NCBI GenBank assembly: GCA_026993265.1
Contig: JALWTY010000175.1
Coordinates: 1 to 35,685, forward strand
DNA: 35,685 bases
Direction of reading: 5' to 3'
Source: Desulfobacterales bacterium
GTDB lineage: Bacteria; Desulfobacterota; Desulfobulbia; Desulfobulbales; JAJRZW01
In this document: one piece after another, positions 28,207 to 35,685 of the stretch
How positions within the stretch are numbered: position 1 is the first letter of the stretch
How the letters are laid out: every line of letters begins with the position of its first letter
Made by a program: the position numbers and the translations under genes
The notes under the pieces: model-generated
Seen by the model: only the letters and a program-made list of their open reading frames with translations
What the model was told of the DNA's origin: nothing
The model's database searches: none

Positions 28207-28547
28207 TGCACCCCTGAGGTGTCGTTTTCGTCAAAGATCAGCTGGCGGTCGCGCTCGAACTGGAGACGGCTTATCTTTTCGCCGATCTCCTCCTCGCGCA
28301 CCCCCAGAACCCGGGCCAGATCCTCTATCCGGTAGCAGACCTCGCCGTTACGGTTCATGCCAGAGGGCTTGAGGTCGGGCAGGCAGTTGCAGGTGGCGGT
28401 CATGGAGGCGTTTTCTATCGCCTCCCTGGCCCAGGCCGGACCGTGGAGCATGAGCCATTCCACCGCCTCGGCCCAGAGGCGGCTGTCCACGGTGGGGCTC
28501 ATCACCACCTCCATAGCGCTTTCGAGGTTCCACTCTTCTCGGTTCAT
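28203..28547 (-). CDS. Hypothetical protein (114 aa)
   Basis: Clean ORF overlapping the tlpA start by 4 nt; no recognised family. Confidence 0.7.
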   Translation of the reverse strand: MNREEWNLESAMEVVMSPTVDSRLWAEAVEWLMLHGPAWAREAIENASMTATCNCLPDLKPSGMNRNGEVCYRIEDLARVLGVREEEIGEKISRLQFERDRQLIFDENDTSGVQ

Positions 28548-28803
28548 CTCCGGATGCTCCTTCCTGAATTCGTGACGGCTTCGCGGTTTAATGAATCATC
28601 TCTTTGAAACAGGATGTTTTTCGGGGAAAATGCCTCTTCGCATAATTCACCGCCGTCCACTGGGCGTCCGACAGCGGGGCCAAGGCCTTTGCTTGCGGTT
28701 GCCCAATCTTTGCGGCAGAATAACACTTTGAGACGGTCTTGGCCATATCCCGGCCTTGTTTTTGCCGTCGTTTTGGACGCTGAAACCAGCGGCAGGAGGG
28801 GGC

Positions 28804-29298
28804 ATGAAACAGACATCACCCATGTGGTCGGCAATCTTCGGCCGCAAGGAAAAAGAGCGGGACGCGGCCCTGCTCCTGCGGCAGGTTCCGGTGTTCAGCG
28901 GCCTTTCCCGGCGGGAACTAGCCATGCTGGTCGAGATCGGCCACCGCCGCGCCTATGAGTCCGGGGAATACATATTCCGTAAGGGACAGCCGGGCGCGGC
29001 CATGTTCGTGGTCAACCGCGGCCTGGTCCGCATCCTCGACCAGGGACCGGACGGCGAGGTGGAGCTGGCCGAGATCGGCGGACAGGGTTTTTTCGGCGAA
29101 CTGGCCCTGCTGGACGATTCTCCCCGTTCCGCCTCTGCCCGGGCCGAGACCGAGACCGACCTCTACGCCTTTTTCCGGGTCGATCTCGAGGAGTTTCTCG
29201 CCGCCTTTCCCCAGACCGGGCTGCAGGTCTACCGTGGGCTGGCCCATGTGATCGGCGAGCGTTTGCGGGCGATGAACGAGCAGTTGCTGAATCCGTGA
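28804..29298 (+). CDS. Cyclic nucleotide-binding domain protein (no HTH)
   Basis: VPVFSGL, IFRKGQPG, FFGELALLDDSPRSASA. RBS AGGAGG. Confidence 0.9.
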   Translation: MKQTSPMWSAIFGRKEKERDAALLLRQVPVFSGLSRRELAMLVEIGHRRAYESGEYIFRKGQPGAAMFVVNRGLVRILDQGPDGEVELAEIGGQGFFGELALLDDSPRSASARAETETDLYAFFRVDLEEFLAAFPQTGLQVYRGLAHVIGERLRAMNEQLLNP

Positions 29299-29386
29299 GC
29301 GTTCCGGATCGGGCCGGGTTGCCGGAGGTTGCCGGAGACGCCGGTGGAAACGGTTGTTAAGGGTCTGTCAAACCTGGTGGTAATAC

Positions 29387-30721
29387 ATGAAACAACGCAG
29401 CAACGTTCATCGCCCGCGCGAGGCCCTAATGGATTCATGCGGTTGCTTAACGGTTGACGAGGAGCGGGCCCGGCAGCGCCGCAGGAGAATCGTCTTTGCC
29501 CTGACCGCGGCCGCGGCCGCGGCCCTGGCCGTATTCCTGCTGCTCACTCTGCGGCGTCTGATCCTGCCGGTGGTCATCGGCGGCGGTTTCGCCTACATAT
29601 GCAAACCCCTGATAGACTACCTGCGCAGGCGCGGCCTGCCGCGGCCTGTTGCGATAGCCGTCCTCTTTGCCGGCTTCTGTGCGGTGCTGTATACCCTGAT
29701 AAGCCTGGGCGCGCATCTCGTTCCGGACCGCAAGGGAGAGCTTGAGCTGCAGATAAGGGCCCGCTACCGCATCCACCAGCGTTACGAACAGCTCATGGGG
29801 CTTGCGAACGGCGGCAGGGGCAACCTGCTCTATTCACTGGTGGGGCGCGAGGTGGCCCCGCTGATGGCCAGCATTGACCGGGCCCTGAGGCTTTCCGAGG
29901 AAGAGCACGCCCTGGTGGCCCGTATGTATCTGCGCCCTGATGATGGCGGCGGTTTCCCGGAACGGTACTGGCGTTACCATCTGGCCAACCGCAAACGCGA
30001 TCAGGGCGCAACCGCCGCCGTGACGGCCGGCGCCAGGCCGGAGGAAGACGGGGAGCGGCCCGACGCGCATTATGGCGGCGTCATCCTCTCGCTTCTTGAC
30101 GCGGTCAGCCTGTGGCTCGTGACTCCGCTGGTTTTTCTCATCCTGCTGTTCGACCGCGGCAGGCTGCGCAAGGGGGTTGTGCGCATGGTTCCGAACCGCT
30201 ATTTCGAGCCGACCCTGACGGTTATCGCCAGGATCGACCAGGCCCTGGGGAGGTATCTGCGCGGCACCGCGCTCGAGTGTTTCATGGTGGGAGCGAGTCT
30301 GTTCGTCTGCATGGTGTTGGTGGGGCTCGACCTCCGCTGGTCCGCGGCCATCGGCATCATCGCCGGGCTCGCCAACGCCATTCCCTTCCTTGGCCCGGCA
30401 ATCGGCCTTGCCGTAGGGCTCCTGTACGCGATCATGGCCGAGGACGTATCCCCGGTGCTGCCATTTATCTCGGGCGACGACCTGGTCTTCGCGGTGGTGG
30501 CGGCGGTGGGGGTGGTCCAGCTTCTCGACAACGGTCTTTTCCAGCCCTATATCCTGGGCTCCGCCGTTGACCTGCACCCCCTGGCGGTGACCATAGGGGT
30601 CATGGGCGGGGCCATGCTTTTCGGGTTCGGCGGCATGCTCCTGGCCGTGCCGGTGATGATGATCTTCCGGGTGGTGTTGTCAACCCTGTTCGAGCAGATG
30701 CGGGCATATCAGATAATTTGA
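29387..30721 (+). CDS. AI-2E family (PerM/TqsA-like) transporter
   Basis: AYICKPLI, RYLRG, NAIPFLGP, VQLLDNGLFQPYILG..LHP, GMLLAVP. Start may be ATG29429. Confidence 0.88.
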   Translation: MKQRSNVHRPREALMDSCGCLTVDEERARQRRRRIVFALTAAAAAALAVFLLLTLRRLILPVVIGGGFAYICKPLIDYLRRRGLPRPVAIAVLFAGFCAVLYTLISLGAHLVPDRKGELELQIRARYRIHQRYEQLMGLANGGRGNLLYSLVGREVAPLMASIDRALRLSEEEHALVARMYLRPDDGGGFPERYWRYHLANRKRDQGATAAVTAGARPEEDGERPDAHYGGVILSLLDAVSLWLVTPLVFLILLFDRGRLRKGVVRMVPNRYFEPTLTVIARIDQALGRYLRGTALECFMVGASLFVCMVLVGLDLRWSAAIGIIAGLANAIPFLGPAIGLAVGLLYAIMAEDVSPVLPFISGDDLVFAVVAAVGVVQLLDNGLFQPYILGSAVDLHPLAVTIGVMGGAMLFGFGGMLLAVPVMMIFRVVLSTLFEQMRAYQII

Positions 30722-33351
30722 CGGTCCTTCCGGTTCCCGTCTTCCGGTTCGTCGGCGTCGAGCACGCTTCTTATCTTGCGGGCCAGTTCCGGTGGGGTAA
30801 CGGGTTTGGCCAGGTAGTGGAGCCCTTGGTCGAGGATACCGTAGTGGGTGATGGTGTTTTCCGTGTAACCGGACATAAAGACCACCCGGAGCCCCGGTTT
30901 CAAGGCCTTCATCGCCTCGGCCAAGGCTCGGCCGTTCATACCCGGCATGACCACGTCGGTCAGGAGGAGATCGATCGCGGCCATTTGTTTTTTGCCTATC
31001 TCCAGGGCTTCGTCCCCGTCCGCGGCCGAAAGGCAGGTGTAGCCCAGGGCCGTGAGAACGTCGGCGATTAACCGGCGGATGTTCGCATCGTCGTCCACCA
31101 CCAGAATGGTTTCATTCCCGCGGGGCACGGGGACGGTGTTTCGTCGGCCCCCGCCTTCCTCCGGCCGCTTGTCGCTGGCCGGGAAGTATATCTTGAAGGT
31201 AGTGCCCCGGCCGGGCTGGGCTCGCTGTACACGTAGATATGGCCGTTGTGCTGTCTGACAATGCCGTACACTGTGGCCAGCCCCAGCCCGGTGCCTTTGC
31301 CCTTTTCCTTGGTGGTGAAGAAGGGGTCGAAGATGTGGTTGAGGGTCTCCCGGTCCATGCCGCTGCCGTTGTCACTCACCGTCAGGCAGACGTAGGCCCC
31401 GGCCGTGACTCCGGGATGGATGCGGACGTAGTCTTCGCCGAGTTCGGTATCTGCGGTCTCGATGAGCAGCGTGCCCCCATCGGGCATGGCGTCGCGGGCG
31501 TTGACCGCGAGATTCATCAGCACCTGCTCGATCTGGCCGGGATCTGCCTCGATCGTGCCCTCTGCCGTGAGCTCGGTGGTGACGCTTATGTCCTCGCCGA
31601 GCATCTTGCCGAGGATCTTCAGGAGGTCGCTGACAACGGTGTTGATCGCCAGCGCCTTTATCTCCAGGATCTGTTTGCGGCTGAAGGCCAGGAGCTGGCG
31701 GGTCAGGGCCGCGGCCTTGCGGCCGGCGCTGCGGATGATTTCGACCTGTTCCCGGCGCGGGTCGGCCTCCTCCATGCCGGCGATAAGCAGCTCGCTGTAA
31801 CCGAGGATAGTGGTGAGGACGTTGTTGAAGTCGTGGGCCACCCCGCCGGCGAGCCTACCGATGGACTCCATCTTCTGGGCTTGGCGGAGCTGTTCCTCCA
31901 GTCGGCGTTGTTCGGTGATGTCGATACCCACCCCGATTAGGAAAATCTTTCCGTCGGTCCTGAGGATGGCGCCGGTGAGGTAATAGGGGATTGTTTTTCC
32001 TCCGAGTTCGAGTTCGGCCTCGACCGCTTCGACCGCCTCGGTCGCACCCTCGCCTCCCTTGAGCAAGGCACTGATTACGTGGGCGACCTTTTCCCGGTCC
32101 TTTTTCACGACCCAGTCCAGGGGATGGCGGCCGCGGATCTCTTCCTCGCTCAGCCCCGATCGCTGGCGAAGATTGCGGTTCCAGCTCAGCATCCGCTTCC
32201 CGTCTTCATAGACGTAGAAGATCCCGGGCAGGGTTTCTATCACCACCTCGATGAACCGTCTGGCCTCTTCCAACTCCCGGGTGCGCAGGGCCACGGCCCG
32301 GCTCAGCCTGCGGTTGAAGAGCAGGAGGAGTACTCCGGCCAGGACCGCGGCCGCGGCCGCGGCCAGCAGTCCCCACAAGATTCTGCGGTCGAGCGGCTGC
32401 GGCCCGGGACGGTAGAGGAACCCCTCGAGCGAATAGCCGGGATCGAGCATCCCCAGCTTGACAAGGGTGTCGGCAATGTGGCGCCAACGGCCCGGGTTCA
32501 TGTGGCCGATTTCGATGAAACGGGGCTGCATCAGTTCCCGCATGGTTTTTGCTTCGTGGAGCAGGGCTGCACGCGACAGGCGGGTGGGATATTTTGCGAT
32601 GATGAGATCGGCGATCTCCTCGGGATGGGTCATGGCGTACTCCCAGCCCCGGAGACTTGCGGCCAGGAACTTTTTTACCAGTTCCGGGTGTTCCCGGATC
32701 TCCTTTTCGGTGGTGAACAGGCAGTCGCCGTAGAAATCGATCCCGTAGGATATCGGCCGGAGCACGGTGAAATCCACTCCCATCTGCCGGAGGATGAAGG
32801 GCCGGTCGGTGAGATACCCGGCCGCGGCCGCCACTCGGCCACTGGTCAGGTCATTTATGTCCCAGGTGTGGGGGACAATCCTCACCCGCCCCTTTTTGAT
32901 TCCCTCGCTCGCGAGCATCGCCCGGATCTCGGCGTTACCGTCCGGCCGGAGCATGATGGTCCGGCCGGCGAGATCGTGGGGATTGGTGATCCCCGAGTCC
33001 TGGAGGGCGAACAGGGCCTCGGGCGAGTGTTGGAAGATTGCCGCCAGGGCCACTATCGGCCGGCCTTTCTGCCGTTCGATGAGCATCGCCGGCATGTCGA
33101 CTGCGAAGTCGGCCCGCCCGGATACGAGTTCATCAGGGATGTCTACCCCCCGGCCATCCCTGCCGCAGCCGTACCCGGAGCCCGGCGGCGGCGTAATACT
33201 TTTGGGCGACGGCTGCATAGTATCCGGCGAACTGGAATTGGTGCCGCCATTTTAGCTGCAGGGTCACGGTTCCGGGGGGCGCGGCCCGTGACGCCGTAAC
33301 GGGGGAAAGAAGCGCGACGACAAGGAGATATGCGAGAATCTGCCGGCGCAT
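30709..33351 (-). pseudogene. NMT1/THI5-like SBP-PAS-histidine kinase-REC hybrid sensor with two frameshifts
   Basis: LQLKWRHQFQFAGYY N-terminus, [40 protein letters not shown]. One extra base in C6 at 33146-33151 and a GGGCT duplication at 31213-31222; removing these 6 nt gives a single 879-codon frame. Confidence 0.88.
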
Positions 33352-33355
33352 GGAG

Positions 33356-34846
33356 TCACCGGGAGTTCCTGTTGATGAGGCGGGATAGGTTTGCAATGTT
33401 GCGGCGCAGGGCCTCCGCCTGCTCGGTGAGCTTTCTCGCGGTGCCGGCGCTCTGATCGGAGCCGGAGGCCATCTGCTGGGCGCCGTGGTCCATTTCCGTT
33501 ATCGCCTTGTTGATCTGTTCGATGCCGGCGGCCTGCTCGTGGGAGGCGGTGACGATCTCCCCCACAAGGGAGGCGGCCCTGGCCGAGCTTTCCGCAACCC
33601 TGGAAAGGGCTTCCACCACCTTCTCGGTATGGGAAAGCCCTTCGTGAACGTTGCGGATTGAACGTTCGACCAGGGCGGCGGTATTGCCCGCCGATTCGCC
33701 GGTTCTGCGGGCAAGGCTCCTGACCTCGTCCGCTACCACGGCGAAGCCGGCCCCGGCCTCTCCGGCCCTGGCCGCTTCCACGGCCGCGTTCAGGGCCAGC
33801 AGGTTGGTCTGAAAGGCGATGTCCTCGATGTCGCGGATGATGCTGCTGATTTCGTCGCTGTCCTTTTTGATCCTGTCCATGCTGGCCCGCATGGCCTTCA
33901 TGGCGCCGCCTGCGTCTTCGGTTACCTGGCGGTTTTCCTGCATGGCCCGGTCCGCTTCGGTGGAGTTGGCGTCGTTCTGCCGGATCATGGCGTTGATCTC
34001 CTCGATCGAGGCGCTGGTCTCTTCGATGGCGGCCGATATCTCGGCCGCCATCTCCGCAAGGGACTGGGCCGCGTCAGATGACGCCGCCGCCTCGCTCGTG
34101 ATCTGGTCGGTGCTCTGGTCCAGGTCGCGCACCACCCGGCCGATGAGCCTGACGGTGGCGTTTGACAGCATCAGGGTTGCGGCGATGACTACCACCACCG
34201 CAAGCACGGCCCCGCCGGTGTAGACAATGCTGATGATCCGCGAGCGCGTGTTGGCCTCGGCCTCTATGGTGTCGGCGGCGGCACGCAGCTGATCTATCAG
34301 TTTCTTGCTGGAGGAGAGAAAGGCCATGTAGCGGTCGTAATATATTTCGTCTACCAGCTCTCCGGCCAGCTCCTCGTTTTCCTTTTCTATTGCGGGAAGC
34401 AGCCTTTTTTTCAGAACCCGGCGCATGTCGTCCCAGCGTTTCTCGCACGCGGCGAGCCCCTTCAGCACCGCCGCGCCGCCGTCCTCATGGCAGTCGGCGC
34501 ACGAGGTGGTGACGCCGCCCCCGCCCTGGTGGTAGGCGCGCAGCCCGGCCAGGAGCTCGTCTATCCTCGCGGTCATCTTGCGCACGGTCTCGGTCTTGTA
34601 GTCTTCGTAACTCCACATGGCGGAGAAGACGTTGCTGTTCAACAGGTTGAGATTCGCCCGGATGCGGGCGAGCTGGTCTACGTATGAGGTCTTTATGGCG
34701 ATGCCGCGGTAGAGCGGGCTGCCGATCCTGACCGTGTGGATGCCGTACACGCCGAGGGCTGCGCCGCAGGCCAGGGAAAAACCGGTGAAGGCGACGATAA
34801 GGAGCAGTTTTTCCTTAAGGGTAAGGCGGGAAAAGAATCCGGACAT
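33356..34846 (-). CDS. Methyl-accepting chemotaxis protein with a periplasmic CxxCH motif
   Basis: Two TM segments, [39 protein letters not shown] at 34487-34501. RBS AGGAGG. Confidence 0.93.
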   Translation of the reverse strand: MSGFFSRLTLKEKLLLIVAFTGFSLACGAALGVYGIHTVRIGSPLYRGIAIKTSYVDQLARIRANLNLLNSNVFSAMWSYEDYKTETVRKMTARIDELLAGLRAYHQGGGGVTTSCADCHEDGGAAVLKGLAACEKRWDDMRRVLKKRLLPAIEKENEELAGELVDEIYYDRYMAFLSSSKKLIDQLRAAADTIEAEANTRSRIISIVYTGGAVLAVVVVIAATLMLSNATVRLIGRVVRDLDQSTDQITSEAAASSDAAQSLAEMAAEISAAIEETSASIEEINAMIRQNDANSTEADRAMQENRQVTEDAGGAMKAMRASMDRIKKDSDEISSIIRDIEDIAFQTNLLALNAAVEAARAGEAGAGFAVVADEVRSLARRTGESAGNTAALVERSIRNVHEGLSHTEKVVEALSRVAESSARAASLVGEIVTASHEQAAGIEQINKAITEMDHGAQQMASGSDQSAGTARKLTEQAEALRRNIANLSRLINRNSR

Positions 34847-34909
34847 ACAATAAACCTCCTAACGTGTTTTGGCTCTCGTCCCCTGTGTCTTTTGAGACAG
34901 ACGATAATA

Positions 34910-34918
34910 ATTGTACCA
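34910..34918 (-). promoter_or_regulatory. Extended -10 element upstream of the MCP gene
   Basis: TGG-TACAAT on the minus strand. Confidence 0.4.
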
Positions 34919-34958
34919 CAGCGTGAATTTGAGAAAGGAAGGCTGCAATTGAGGAAAA

Positions 34959-35685
34959 TCAGGCAAGAACGGACTTGACCGCCCTGGCCACGTCGGGGCC
35001 GGAGAAGGGCTTGGCCAAGGTGGCGGAGAAGCCGAATTCGTCCGGCCTGGCCATTACCGGATCCTCGCTGTAGCCGCTCGATGCGATTACTGTCAGGGAT
35101 GGCAGCCTTTTTTTGAGAAGCCCGCAGAGCTCGTGTCCTCCCAGGCCGCCGGGAATCGTGAGGTCGAGGATGGCGGCGTCGAAGCGTTTTCCCCCATCCA
35201 CTATGGAAAGCGCTTCCCCGCCGTCGGCGCAGGTCACGGTTTCATATCCCATTGAGCCGAGCAGTTCGCTAAGCACCTCGCGGATGATCTCCTCGTCGTC
35301 CACGACCAGTATCCTGCCTTCTCCCTTGGGCAGATCACCGCGGTCCGGGGCGTCGGCCTGCTCGGGCCGGCAGTCCGCCGCCGGTATCAGCAGGTGGAAC
35401 ACCGTTCCCCGGCCGGGCTCGGATTCAACCGTTATCCTGCCGTTGTGATTCTTGATGATGGCGTGGCAAGAGGCCAGGCCAAGACCGCTGCCGTCTTCCT
35501 TGGTGGTGAAGTAGGGGTCGAAGATGCGGGGGAGCAGCTCGGGTTCTATGCCCCGGCCCTGGTCGCTTACGCTGATATGGACGTAATCACCGGCCGCGAG
35601 CGCCGGGTCGTCTTCTATCCTGCGGTTTTCCGCGGTTATGACGATCTCGCCGCCGTCCGGCATGGCCTGGATGGCGTTTATCACC
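34959..35685 (-). CDS. Hybrid histidine kinase, C-terminal HATPase and REC part (5' end outside the window)
   Basis: INAIQAMP, DQGRGI, FDPYFTTK, GSGLGL, ILVVDDE, ILDLTIPGG, SSGYS, KPF. Confidence 0.92.
   Translation of the reverse strand, partial: VINAIQAMPDGGEIVITAENRRIEDDPALAAGDYVHISVSDQGRGIEPELLPRIFDPYFTTKEDGSGLGLASCHAIIKNHNGRITVESEPGRGTVFHLLIPAADCRPEQADAPDRGDLPKGEGRILVVDDEEIIREVLSELLGSMGYETVTCADGGEALSIVDGGKRFDAAILDLTIPGGLGGHELCGLLKKRLPSLTVIASSGYSEDPVMARPDEFGFSATLAKPFSGPDVARAVKSVLA

Noticed and set aside
28580-28760. Riboswitch (e.g. c-di-GMP-I) in the divergent intergenic region
   Set aside because: No GGCAAACC/GACGCAAAG-type consensus on either strand

Overview
High-GC bacterial chromosomal window. 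Gene content suggests Desulfobacterota (Desulfobulbales-like); this is inferred, not searched. Most of it is core genome, in order: C4 zinc-ribbon protein, rnhA, rnpB, ispDF, thpR, aroD-aroE-aroA, PilZ protein, pgi, a J-domain/M48-TPR/cobO operon, a flavodoxin-like protein, hemG(Y), an orphan dnaA paralog, an EHD-like dynamin-family NTPase, feoAB, mscS, zupT, tRNA-Arg(ACG), hybrid kinases, yjbQ, tlpA, a cNMP-binding protein, an AI-2E transporter and a CxxCH-containing MCP. No transposase, integrase, phage gene or CRISPR array was seen. Most interesting signals: (1) a dispersed modular family of small TGA...TCA inverted-repeat elements; two copies have exact 10-bp flanking direct repeats around an A-N4-TGA target, and copies supply or alter gene stops and starts; (2) a J-domain co-chaperone fused to four MshEN-like (c-di-GMP) repeats, behind a promoter carrying tandem NrdR-like boxes; (3) a DnaA paralog with degenerate ATPase/oligomerisation residues but an intact DNA-binding domain, next to a region of phased T-tracts; (4) a bacterial protein closely resembling eukaryotic EHD ATPases; (5) three frameshifts, one a 5-bp tandem duplication.
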